A DNA stretch of 32,754 bases from the UHGV virus genome UHGV-0097046. One strand, given 5' to 3'. Both the position numbers and the translations under genes were made by a program. Source of the DNA: a virus. The notes below the pieces were generated by a model that had not been told where the DNA came from, ran no database searches, and saw nothing but the letters and a program-made list of their open reading frames with translations. Shown piece by piece: positions 1 to 8,067 of the stretch (within the stretch, counting starts at the first letter, position 1; each line of letters begins with the position of its first letter).

Positions 1-26
1 TGTGCAAACCTAACCTAAACTTACTA

Positions 27-51
27 GGGACTCTTCGAAGTCCCTTTTTTT
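27..51 (+). terminator. Hairpin gggact-cttcga-agtccc followed by TTTTTTT; candidate intrinsic terminator for transcription entering from the left
   Basis: 6-bp perfect stem plus T-run read directly from sequence; abuts stop of the convergent minus-strand ORF 50..292. Confidence 0.5.
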
Positions 52-292
52 ATGCAACAATTCGAAGTGTAAGTTTCTTATGTTGTGTAGGTTTAGTTTC
101 ATTTCGCCACTCAGGGAATACATGATCCATCATAACCGCATTAGTCTCATCAATCAGCTTTAAGGACTTTCTCAACGCCTTATTATCAGCTTTAAGTGTT
201 TTAATCTCTGATTCCATCGCTACCATTCTTTCTTTCATTTTGGTAATTTCTAACATCAGATTACCCAGAAATTCTTTGTTTTGATTCATCAT
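50..292 (-). CDS. Hypothetical small coiled-coil protein (80 aa)
   Basis: ORF with GAGGTGA Shine-Dalgarno-like sequence upstream of ATG; heptad-like K/E-rich sequence; no recognisable family. Confidence 0.5.
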   Translation of the reverse strand: MMNQNKEFLGNLMLEITKMKERMVAMESEIKTLKADNKALRKSLKLIDETNAVMMDHVFPEWRNETKPTQHKKLTLRIVA

Positions 293-307
293 AAATTCAC
301 CTCTCTA

Positions 308-1303
308 TTAAGCTGCGTATGCGTAGGCGCTGTAGTTGGTGTCGTAGATAGCGTCATGCAGTGCCATCTGTGCTTCGCGGATCTCGTCTTCGTTTACTTC
401 AATCTCTTCTTGTTCTTCTTCGGTATCTTCCCAAGTGGTTTTGAATTTAGCCATAAAGTTATTGCGCAGGGATTCAAAGTTAGTAACAGGTGCGGATTCT
501 TCTTCAACTTCAACCGGAACAACTACCGGAGCAACTTCTTGTTCTACTTCTGCAACAACACCCCAGCGATAGTTAAGGAGTTCTTCCAGTTCTTCATCAA
601 TGGATTTTTCTTCAACTGCTTCAACTTCAACCGCTGCTACTTCGAAAGTGGTTTCCTGTGCTGCCAGTTCAGCTTTCAGAGATGCGTTTTCAGCTTCCAG
701 TTCAGCGATGCGTGCTTTCAGTGCTTCAACTTCGGAATATTCAACCACTGCAACTTCTTCTTTAACTTCTTCAACTACTACCGGAGAAACTTCTTTCTGT
801 GCTTCTTTTTTGCAGAAGAAGGAGGAAGTAACCTGTAATGCGTGGTTGTAGAAGGAACCGCCTTTAGCGGTGTTAACAGTACCAGAAACATCCTTTACAG
901 TGGATTCGGTAGCAACAGTACGGAAGCGTTTTGCGACTTCCTGGGTCTCTACGCCGTATTCGTTACGTTTGCTCTTGTGATGCATTACAGCACGGAAGCC
1001 GGAAGCCGTTTTAACAACAGCCAGATAGTAAGTTTCATCAGCTTTAACAGCACGAGCGAAGCAATAAACGGATTCACCTTCTACCAGTGTAGGTTTAACG
1101 TGACGTTTGTCGAAACGGTTGGTGATCTGCCATTCAGCACCGTCTTTGATGCCAGCATTTTGACGCATTTCGGTCAGAGTCTTACCTGATACTACTTCAA
1201 AGGATTTGTCTTGTTTGCTTGCTTTACCTTCCATGACAGTGATGTTCAGTTTGCCGTTGGATTTAATAAACATGTTGAAGGTAATGCGCTTAGAATTTTT
1301 CAT
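308..1303 (-). CDS. Hypothetical early protein, 331 aa, globular N-terminal domain plus coiled-coil and strongly acidic E/V-rich C-terminal half
   Basis: Long ORF, AGGAG RBS 7 nt upstream of ATG; EALKARIAELEAENASLKAEL coiled-coil; long acidic tail; function not recognisable from sequence. Confidence 0.6.
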   Translation of the reverse strand: MKNSKRITFNMFIKSNGKLNITVMEGKASKQDKSFEVVSGKTLTEMRQNAGIKDGAEWQITNRFDKRHVKPTLVEGESVYCFARAVKADETYYLAVVKTASGFRAVMHHKSKRNEYGVETQEVAKRFRTVATESTVKDVSGTVNTAKGGSFYNHALQVTSSFFCKKEAQKEVSPVVVEEVKEEVAVVEYSEVEALKARIAELEAENASLKAELAAQETTFEVAAVEVEAVEEKSIDEELEELLNYRWGVVAEVEQEVAPVVVPVEVEEESAPVTNFESLRNNFMAKFKTTWEDTEEEQEEIEVNEDEIREAQMALHDAIYDTNYSAYAYAA

Positions 1304-1351
1304 ATAAATACTCCTGAATGCTCTGTGTTAGTTTAATTGTTCATATCAAAA

Positions 1352-1381
1352 GCCTCCTTGCGCCAACAGGGAGGCTTTTTT
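1352..1381. terminator. GC-rich hairpin (gcctcc...ggaggc) with T-run on plus strand and T-rich flank on minus strand; intergenic terminator/attenuator between leftward genes
   Basis: 9-bp stem (with one G-U) read from sequence, TTTTTT immediately 3'. Confidence 0.45.
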
Positions 1382-1419
1382 ATTTTTAAAGCCATCATAT
1401 AATTCTCAGTGAAAGGTTA

Positions 1420-1602
1420 TTACCAGACCTCGGCGGTAATCTTTACTTTAATGTCATACTTCTTTAAGAGTTTGTGGAAGGTTGATTGATCAATACCTTC
1501 ACCTTTAAACCATTCACCCATCACTACATCAGGTGTCAGTTCAAAATAACGCTTTGCCATTTCTAAAACGATTTCACGAGTGAACTTAACAGGTCGTGCC
1601 AT
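1420..1602 (-). CDS. Small Hin/resolvase-type helix-turn-helix DNA-binding protein (60 aa)
   Basis: GGAGG RBS; motif ARPVKFT...GIDQSTFHKLLKKYDIK paralogous to ORF 4638..4871 and to the C-terminus of ORF 4904..5497; resembles the DNA-binding domain of Hin-like recombinases (basic arm followed by HTH). Confidence 0.55.
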   Translation of the reverse strand: MARPVKFTREIVLEMAKRYFELTPDVVMGEWFKGEGIDQSTFHKLLKKYDIKVKITAEVW

Positions 1603-1704
1603 CTTATATCCTCCTAAATCTGGAATAATGATTTCTTAAAAAAGAGCTTTTCGCTCTGAACAATTCTATTTATAAAATGTTTTTCGAAAAACCCTGTAAA
1701 ACCA

Positions 1705-1720
1705 CTGTATATCCGATCAG
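1705..1720. promoter_or_regulatory. LexA-like SOS box candidate (CTGTATATCCGATCAG)
   Basis: CTG-N10-CAG with CTGTAT left half; lies ~5 bp upstream of a candidate leftward -35 (TTTACA) for the 1420..1602 gene. Confidence 0.4.
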
Positions 1721-1789
1721 TGGGAGCACGAATTGCTAAAGAGAAGATTAATAATTAATCAATTCGTACATTATTCAATCGAATAAGCA

Positions 1790-1823
1790 CTGTATGTTTA
1801 GCCAGTGCTGTATGAATTAACAG
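1790..1823. promoter_or_regulatory. Two adjacent LexA-like SOS boxes (CTGTATGTTTAGCCAG and CTGTATGAATTAACAG)
   Basis: Both fit CTG-N10-CAG with CTGTAT left half; the second matches about 14 of 20 positions of the E. coli consensus TACTGTATATATATACAGTA; adjacent arrangement as in colicin-type double SOS operators. Confidence 0.45.
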
Positions 1824-1960
1824 TGAATCAGGGGATTTTCAGAAGTGAACAATCATTTTCATGCATGTATTTATACACGAAAAAATCTTGCGTATCATCA
1901 ATATGTGGATTGTTTCGAAAATTTCAACCCCTACCAACGAGAAAAAGTATAAAATAATCC

Positions 1961-1974
1961 TTGACAGTTGTCAA
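1961..1974. promoter_or_regulatory. Inverted repeat TTGACA-gt-TGTCAA, operator-like palindrome containing a -35-like hexamer
   Basis: Perfect 6-bp arms with 2-bp spacer read from sequence. Confidence 0.35.
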
Positions 1975-2000
1975 TACACTTGATCTAAGCGAGAAATGAC

Positions 2001-2167
2001 TATCAAAATTTTTGTGTGAAAATGGCGGATAACGATTATCAACCTTTATAACCTATTATAGCACGGCGACCTTTTGATGATTCTTTTTAAATCATGCATT
2101 TACAGCGGTTTTTGGTGATTTTCTGGTTAAATAATATACAAGAATTTTCTATCAAAATTTTTGATGA
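2001..2167. repeat. Two copies (~150 bp apart) of an ~18-bp element cTATCAAAATTTTTGnnGAAAA containing the palindrome TCAAAA-T-TTTTGA
   Basis: Copies at about 2001-2020 and 2150-2170; second copy is a perfect 13-bp palindrome; candidate dimeric regulator binding sites. Confidence 0.4.
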
Positions 2168-2170
2168 AAA

Positions 2171-2272
2171 ACCTACACTACAAACCTACGCTTTAAAGGG
2201 ATTGGCCTACACTACACTAGCCAGTAAACCTACACTATAACACCTACACACCTACACTAACCCTACACTTCA
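2171..2272. repeat. Array of about seven direct CCTACAC(T) heptamer/nonamer repeats (iteron-like)
   Basis: Occurrences near 2172, 2185 (variant), 2206, 2229, 2243, 2251, 2264 with irregular 8-23 bp spacing in a non-coding stretch. Confidence 0.5.
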
Positions 2273-2615
2273 ATCTCATAAGTGTATGATCTTGAAAGAC
2301 ATTTCACCACACAGACCATAGAATATAAAATTCGAACTAACGTTCTCCTTTTTGCTCGTTTTCTCTCACTACGTTCAAGAAAGATCTCGCAAAAAGAATA
2401 CGGCGTAGCCGTGCGCGAAGCGCCCATCAACACCTTCTAAGACCTGCAAGCAGGATTCGAAAGGGATTGGATAGTTCGCTTCGCTCACGTTCACACCTAC
2501 GGCGTTCACTCGCTTTTGAAAGGATTTTCTCAGAAAGGGATTTAATACTAGTTACTAACTGATTCTAGTAAACGAACGAAGTGAGTAACAATCACTTTCT
2601 AGAAAGGTATTGGTT

Positions 2616-2645
2616 ATCCCTTCGGGATTGCAACCTTCGGTTGCC
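2616..2645 (+). other. Two adjacent stable hairpins with UUCG tetraloops (atccc-TTCG-gggat; gcaacc-TTCG-gttgc) in the leader upstream of the rightward early genes
   Basis: Stems and tetraloops read from sequence; candidate RNA processing or stabilising structure or part of a small RNA. Confidence 0.35.
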
Positions 2646-2844
2646 AAATTGCTTCCTGATTATTATTTCTCCAAAAGAAAGATTCTTATATTCTAAAGAT
2701 ACTTCTTCGTTTTGATGATGATTTATTCAAAATCTATGAAGGAGGGCTTTGCCCGACTGAATACAATCACCTTTCATAATAACAAGAATTTTCTCTTTAT
2801 AAATAATATTAGATTGATTCACTTTCTTTTAGAGAATTTCCACT

Positions 2845-3312
2845 ATGAACCACAAGATGACTACCACTACTCCTTTTATCCTTCTGGGTCTGGATTCTGA
2901 TAGCTTCCACAATGACAAGTTAATGAAGATGTTCCGTGAACGTGGTTATAACATCCTTTTCAACTCTGATGAATCCCATTTCTCTAGTGCATGGTATGCG
3001 TTTTACCGTAATAAGAAGCCGACCATTGTTGTTAACGTCTTCACCGATGAAGAACGCTTAAAGTACCAGGATCTACCAGCAATTATTGTTCGTGATGATC
3101 TTCCGTTTGAAGTCCGTTCCGGTGACATTGACCTGGGTAGCTTCGTTACTGTCTATGAACTGGATGAAGCAATGTTTAACTACGGCAAAGAAACCGCTCA
3201 GGAAGCCCCAGAAGAAGATGAACAAGACGAAGATGACGACGACTACGCACCAATCTGTTTTTCTTCTCAGAATGGCTTCTACGGTTACGACGAAGGCTTA
3301 GATATGCTGTAA
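2845..3312 (+). CDS. Hypothetical early protein (155 aa) with acidic C-terminal tract (EEDEQDEDDDD)
   Basis: ORF from track; no strong RBS, start uncertain (alternative ATG at 2857); function not recognisable. Confidence 0.4.
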   Translation: MNHKMTTTTPFILLGLDSDSFHNDKLMKMFRERGYNILFNSDESHFSSAWYAFYRNKKPTIVVNVFTDEERLKYQDLPAIIVRDDLPFEVRSGDIDLGSFVTVYELDEAMFNYGKETAQEAPEEDEQDEDDDDYAPICFSSQNGFYGYDEGLDML

Positions 3313-3348
3313 GTTAGGTCAACCCCTTGGCGTCTTGTCAAGGGGGCA

Positions 3349-3377
3349 TTGACAAAAATTTCTGACTTTTTTATGAT
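3349..3377 (+). promoter_or_regulatory. Sigma70-type promoter: -35 TTGACA, 17-bp spacer, -10 TATGAT
   Basis: Consensus -35 and 5/6 -10 at canonical spacing, located upstream of the small ORF at 3436 and the Rha-family gene; preceded by a 7-bp-stem hairpin at 3323-3345. Confidence 0.55.
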
Positions 3378-3435
3378 TATCGCACTTGACAACTTTGATC
3401 CTATTTGACCTAGATTTGTAAAGAGGATGTTAATT

Positions 3436-3582
3436 ATGAACACTACTAAGAAAATTGATGGACGTAAAACCCCGAACCGCAAACCGTGGACCCCAAACCT
3501 GAATTTCTCAATGGTTGACTTCCATGAACGCCAGCGTCGCATTCAAGAAGAAATTGATCGCGCGATTGCTGAATCTAAATGA
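3436..3582 (+). CDS. Small basic protein (48 aa), not in ORF track (below length cutoff)
   Basis: ATG 8 nt downstream of AAGAGGA RBS; translation MNTTKKIDGRKTPNRKPWTPNLNFSMVDFHERQRRIQEEIDRAIAESK; preferred over the overlapping minus-strand ORF 3285..3542. Confidence 0.4.
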   Translation: MNTTKKIDGRKTPNRKPWTPNLNFSMVDFHERQRRIQEEIDRAIAESK

Positions 3583-3673
3583 GATAAAAACTTCTTATAA
3601 ATAAAATTGTTCCGGTGATGCTGCCGGAACTAGGAGGACCAAATCACTAAACCGTTTAAGGGGAATTTTTACT

Positions 3674-4489
3674 ATGAATACTGTTACTACTATGAATACT
3701 GCTATTAAACCTGCTTCCGTGTCTCTGGTTGTTGATAACACCAAACCGCTGACCATGTCTTCTCGTCAGATCGCTGAATTTACCGGAAAAGAGCATAAAA
3801 ACGTTAAACGTGATATTAAATCCATGCTCGATGCTCTGGAATTAGATGTGCTCAGTTTTGAGCGCACCTATCTTGATCAGTGTGGACGTGAACAAACCGA
3901 ATATCACCTTGACGAAGAAATGACGCTGACTCTTGTCACTGGTTACGATGTTAAGCGTCGAATGATCGTTATTCAGGAATGGAAACGACTGAAAGAAGAA
4001 AATGAAAAACTGCGTCAGGAACGTTTAGCCGTTAACCCGTATGCAGACTTTGAAGAAACCGACTGGATCGAACTGGCGTTAAAGAAAACTCGTGAAAATA
4101 AAAAGCTGATTGAACTTCATGTTCGTAAGTCTGTAGACAGCCATTCAATGACACGTCTGTTAGGCGCTAAAAAGGGCGCTACGAAGGTTAAAGAAGCACT
4201 GACGGCCTTACGTACTGCTGGATACATTGAGCGCGTCTATGATGAAAATAACAAGCCGTGTGGGTATGTTGCTAATGACTCTTCTCTGTCTTTCTGCCGC
4301 ATGAATGCTCACTACCAGCTTGAGTTTACTGTTGATGTGCTTCCGGTGCTGGTTGAATTGGGTGTTCTGGAAGAAGAACAAAAAGCAACTCTGAATCTTC
4401 CTAAGCCGAACAACACTATTCTGATTCAAAATAAAGCGGCTGAACGTCTCCGCCAGAATGTTGGATCACTGGAAGTCTTCGGACTGTAA
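3674..4489 (+). CDS. Rha-family phage regulatory protein (antirepressor-like N-terminal domain) with unknown C-terminal domain
   Basis: N-terminal motif LTMSSRQIAEFTGKEHKNVKRDIKSMLDALE matches the Rha domain signature (...IAE.TGK.H.NV.RDI...); AAGGGGA RBS; ends with TAATAA. Confidence 0.7.
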   Translation: MNTVTTMNTAIKPASVSLVVDNTKPLTMSSRQIAEFTGKEHKNVKRDIKSMLDALELDVLSFERTYLDQCGREQTEYHLDEEMTLTLVTGYDVKRRMIVIQEWKRLKEENEKLRQERLAVNPYADFEETDWIELALKKTRENKKLIELHVRKSVDSHSMTRLLGAKKGATKVKEALTALRTAGYIERVYDENNKPCGYVANDSSLSFCRMNAHYQLEFTVDVLPVLVELGVLEEEQKATLNLPKPNNTILIQNKAAERLRQNVGSLEVFGL

Positions 4490-4497
4490 TAATTTTT

Positions 4498-4522
4498 AGC
4501 CTCGCCTCGTGCGGGGCTTTTT
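4498..4522 (+). terminator. Intrinsic terminator (agcctcgc-ctcgt-gcggggct + TTTTT)
   Basis: 8-bp stem with one G-U, 5-nt loop, T-run; same hairpin design as terminators at 11823 and 17766. Confidence 0.65.
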
Positions 4523-4637
4523 CATACCTACATCACGCGACTTTTCGCGCCATCTTCCACCAACTCGCCGATGGCGTTTTGGACAACCCTATAGATACAA
4601 AAAAGCCACTCCGAAGAGTGGCAAAGAGAATCAAAAC

Positions 4638-4871
4638 TCAAAAACCTGTTGCTTCTACGATCTGACCATCACCGATCTGAACATAGAATTTAATGTCTAA
4701 CTTCTTCATATTCTTATAGAATTGGGCAATTGAAATCCCATGTTCACTAAGAATCTGTTCTTTCGCTTCCTTACCACGATCCGCTGTATAATAAGCGTAG
4801 GCAATATCAGCCATTTGTTCAGCGTTAAAACGGGCAGGACGACCGCGAGTAGCTTTAGTAGTCATAGTCAT
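4638..4871 (-). CDS. Small Hin/resolvase-type HTH DNA-binding protein (75-77 aa) with N-terminal GRP basic arm
   Basis: TKATRGRPARF...GISIAQFYKNMKKLDIK; paralog of 1420..1602; GGAGA RBS suits the second ATG (start about 4865). Confidence 0.55.
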   Translation of the reverse strand: MTMTTKATRGRPARFNAEQMADIAYAYYTADRGKEAKEQILSEHGISIAQFYKNMKKLDIKFYVQIGDGQIVEATGF

Positions 4872-4903
4872 TTCTCCAAATTAAAGTGAATGTTCACTTT
4901 TAT

Positions 4904-5497
4904 TTAGAGTGACTTACATTTTATCGGAAAAAGTTCTCCATCGTCAACCGACATAAAGAACTCTGCCTTAATCCCGTACTTCTTCAACCGTGAATAGTAT
5001 GTACCCCGACTTATATCAACCTTGCGAAGCACTTCAAAGAAGGATTTAGGATCGTTGTAATAGTGGCTGTACTTCACGTTAGCGAGTTCAACGAATAGTT
5101 CCCTTGTATCACCATAGCCTTTCTTGAAAGCCTCGTTACGATAGCGTGTAATAGCGTGATTCAATCTCTTCTGTTTCAACACTTCTCGGATCGACTTCCA
5201 CTGCAACCGATAGATAGGACCGTCATCAATGCGATAATAACGCTTGATATCAAAATCAAACCAATCTCGGACTCTCCGAAACTCTGTATGTGATGTTCTA
5301 TGCTTCTTAAAGAAGTTGTGAATATCGGTATACCCATGATCGCGATACAACTCGATTAAAATCTCTTTCGCTTCTTCGCGACTAAAACCGGATGTAGTGT
5401 AATCGGTCTTTAAGTGCTTATGTTTTACTGGCAAACGATATTCATGATCGGTACAAGACAAGGCTAATTCATCTCTTTCTTGCTGATTAATTAGCAT
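4904..5497 (-). CDS. Hypothetical protein (197 aa) with C-terminal Hin-type HTH-like segment
   Basis: Strong AAGGAGGG RBS; C-terminal ISRGTYYSRLKKYGIK resembles the HTH of the two small paralogs; divergent from terminase gene. Confidence 0.6.
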   Translation of the reverse strand: MLINQQERDELALSCTDHEYRLPVKHKHLKTDYTTSGFSREEAKEILIELYRDHGYTDIHNFFKKHRTSHTEFRRVRDWFDFDIKRYYRIDDGPIYRLQWKSIREVLKQKRLNHAITRYRNEAFKKGYGDTRELFVELANVKYSHYYNDPKSFFEVLRKVDISRGTYYSRLKKYGIKAEFFMSVDDGELFPIKCKSL

Positions 5498-5583
5498 ACA
5501 CCCTCCTTAAATCTTAATACCGTATTTATCAAAATATCAACAATTTAATAAATACCTTCATATTTCGTAATGAGGGTAATTAC

Positions 5584-7488
5584 ATGAAACTGATTTCTAA
5601 TAAGGCAAAATTAAAAAAGATTCTCAAAAATATCTCTGCTGCAATTCGTCCACCTAAAACCATGAAACCTAGCGAATGGGTAGAGGCTAATGTAGTTGCG
5701 ACCGATGGTGTTAAAGCCGGATCGCTAATTAAATTGCATCCCTTCCAACGTGGAATGATGGACGCGATCACCGAAGACCGTAGAAAAATTGTGTTTAAAT
5801 GTTCGGCACAGTTGGGTAAGACCATGATTCTTAACGGAATTATCTTCCATCGGATCGCGAGTAACCCTACTAATATCGGGGTGTTGCAATCGAATGTCCG
5901 CGAGTTGAATAGCTGGATCGCTGGTAAGGTGAAGCCAGTATTAGAGGCAACACCAGAATTAAAGGCGATGATCACCGACAAATCAGATCGCAATGCCGTT
6001 AACAACTCATCGATTATTCAGCTTCGTAACGGATCGTTTATGTATTTCATGTCGTTGAATAGTCCGTCACATCTTCGCGGTAAAACACTCCCTTTGATTA
6101 TTCTTGATGAAGTTGATGCGGCTGATGAGTCAGACGAAGGGAACCCGATCCAGCTAGCGGAACAACGCGCAACCACTTTCGGGGAAGATGCAAGGATCGT
6201 AATTGCTTCCACTCCAACCGCTCGTGATGGGGCGATTAACCAACAATGGGAACTCTCGGATAAGAGAAAATATCATGTCGTTTGCCAGCATTGCGGACAC
6301 AAGCACGTAATGGAATGGAGTAGAGTTTTCTTTGATTGGCATACGATTAACTGTAAATCACTGCCGAATCCAGATACTGCCGTTTATCGTTGCCCGTCAT
6401 GTGAAACTGATTGGACAGAAGGGGATCGCCTACGTGCTGTTGCTCAAGGTGAATGGATTGCTACAGAACCAAATGCGGAAGTAATCGGTTTTCATGCTAA
6501 CCGCCTTATGTCTCCGTTTAGTTCTATCCGTGCGTGTGTGGTGGACTTTGCTGATAGCTACGCGAATATGTCACTAGCAACGTTCTACAATACAGTCCTC
6601 GGTGAAACCTTCGATGATCTTAACGAAGATCGCACAGCCGACGAACTGGAAACGCTGAAAACTGATATTAGCCTAGACAATATTCCTGATGATGTACTGG
6701 CTCTGGTAGGTGGAGTTGACCAGCAAAAAGACCGTCTGGAATCTACCTTGCTGGGTATCTCTCGTAAGGGGATATGCGTAGTTGATCACCGATCATTCTA
6801 TGATGTGAACTGCGAACGCCACGAATCACCAGCATATGACCAGCTTTATAACTTCCTGAAAGCGAAATTCTATACCCGATCCGGTGAACGAATCCCGATG
6901 CTATCTGCTTTCGTGGACTCATCGAACGGACGAGCTACAAACGTGATCTACCGTTTTTGCACTAGGTGGCAAAACCTATGCGCCATTAAAGGCGCAAGTA
7001 ATGCTGATGCTCCAATCCTTCCGGCTAAGGACACAAGAACGGGCGGTTTTACTCTCAAAATTCTGGGCGTAAACAACCTTAAGACGATGATCCGTGAAAT
7101 GATTAACCGGAACTTGAGAGATGGCGATCCTCATACTGTCTTCCAGATTGGTGACGTTCCTGATGACTATTGCGAGCAATTGCTTTCTGAACAGTTGAAA
7201 CGGCAGGGTAATACCACACGTTGGGTAAAAGTTGGTCAGCAACGAAACGAGGCTCTCGACTGCCTGGCTTATTCCTATGCTGCTTCTCGCCATGTACTCA
7301 ATAAAATGTCATGGGAAAAACTCGAAGCCATCAAAGATAGTTTGAACCGTGAACCAGAAGAACCCGTAAAAGCTCCTGAAACGCAATCTGACGAGCAAAT
7401 CGAAGAAACTAAGCCAATCACACGACCACAACGTCAAAACATCGCCAGACGCCCAAATAGAGGCCGTAGCTGGGTAACATCGTTCTAA
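5584..7488 (+). CDS. Terminase large subunit, lambda gpA-like
   Basis: P-loop-like CSAQLGKT, Walker B LIILDEVD, and recognisable similarity to lambda gpA segments (EW..AN, PFQRG.M.A, HCGH zinc-ribbon-like, TVLGETF, RNEALDCLAYSYAA); first gene of rightward late operon. Confidence 0.88.
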   Translation: MKLISNKAKLKKILKNISAAIRPPKTMKPSEWVEANVVATDGVKAGSLIKLHPFQRGMMDAITEDRRKIVFKCSAQLGKTMILNGIIFHRIASNPTNIGVLQSNVRELNSWIAGKVKPVLEATPELKAMITDKSDRNAVNNSSIIQLRNGSFMYFMSLNSPSHLRGKTLPLIILDEVDAADESDEGNPIQLAEQRATTFGEDARIVIASTPTARDGAINQQWELSDKRKYHVVCQHCGHKHVMEWSRVFFDWHTINCKSLPNPDTAVYRCPSCETDWTEGDRLRAVAQGEWIATEPNAEVIGFHANRLMSPFSSIRACVVDFADSYANMSLATFYNTVLGETFDDLNEDRTADELETLKTDISLDNIPDDVLALVGGVDQQKDRLESTLLGISRKGICVVDHRSFYDVNCERHESPAYDQLYNFLKAKFYTRSGERIPMLSAFVDSSNGRATNVIYRFCTRWQNLCAIKGASNADAPILPAKDTRTGGFTLKILGVNNLKTMIREMINRNLRDGDPHTVFQIGDVPDDYCEQLLSEQLKRQGNTTRWVKVGQQRNEALDCLAYSYAASRHVLNKMSWEKLEAIKDSLNREPEEPVKAPETQSDEQIEETKPITRPQRQNIARRPNRGRSWVTSF

Positions 7489-7560
7489 TAACTCGCCGTC
7501 CTTCGGGGCGGCTTACTCCTAAATATTGTTAATCCAATAACAATTAAATAAGGGGTAATT

Positions 7561-8058
7561 ATGAGTTTAGAACTAATTCCCTTAGTAATTCGTAAAGGTG
7601 AAAAAATCACGCTGGCGAATGAAGAGGGTGTAACAATTCAGGTAGGAAATAGTAAAGGTATCATTTATCAGGTTGATGATACTCCGGCTAATCACGAGAT
7701 TAAAACCTTAGATTTTGCCGAGGGTAAATATACCATCGTAACCACTTTGGAAGAAGAACTGGTATCAATGCAGGAATTAACTGTATTGCCAGTATTCGCC
7801 AAACAATCCAAAAAAGAATATCTGCGCGAAACGATTGCTTTAATCGAAAATACCATCTATGCGCGCCTAGCCAATGATGAAAGTGCGTTATCTGCAATGA
7901 CGATAAAGGGTAATTCGTTTACCTACGAGTCAATTGCGGTTTTACAACAACTGAAAAGGGATTACGAAAAACAACTCGTAAAACTCATTCAGCAAGAACG
8001 GCGCAAGGCTGGCAATTACTCACCAATTACACCGATTAAAGTACGCTTAACTCGATAA
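7561..8058 (+). CDS. Hypothetical head-region protein (165 aa)
   Basis: ORF with TAAGGGGTAATT RBS context between terminase and portal; no family recognised. Confidence 0.55.
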   Translation: MSLELIPLVIRKGEKITLANEEGVTIQVGNSKGIIYQVDDTPANHEIKTLDFAEGKYTIVTTLEEELVSMQELTVLPVFAKQSKKEYLRETIALIENTIYARLANDESALSAMTIKGNSFTYESIAVLQQLKRDYEKQLVKLIQQERRKAGNYSPITPIKVRLTR

Positions 8059-8067
8059 GGATTTAAC

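Noticed and set aside
281-838. 185-aa plus-strand ORF rich in Phe/Asn
   Set aside because: Lies entirely antisense to the better-supported minus-strand gene 308..1303; low-complexity translation, no RBS; likely a shadow ORF
2096-2245. 49-aa plus-strand ORF running through the CCTACAC repeat array
   Set aside because: No RBS; the frame is open mainly because the repeats lack stops; more likely non-coding
2440-2640. Possible tRNA genes in the GC-richer part of the non-coding region (GGATTCGAAAGGG resembles a T-loop)
   Set aside because: Could not build a cloverleaf: no complementary acceptor or T-stem around the TTCGAAA motif; treated as repeats and hairpins instead
3285-3542. 85-aa minus-strand ORF
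   Set aside because: Overlaps the promoter and the RBS-equipped plus-strand 48-aa ORF (3436..3582); no RBS of its own
4208-4429. 73-aa minus-strand ORF
   Set aside because: Entirely inside the Rha-family gene on the opposite strand
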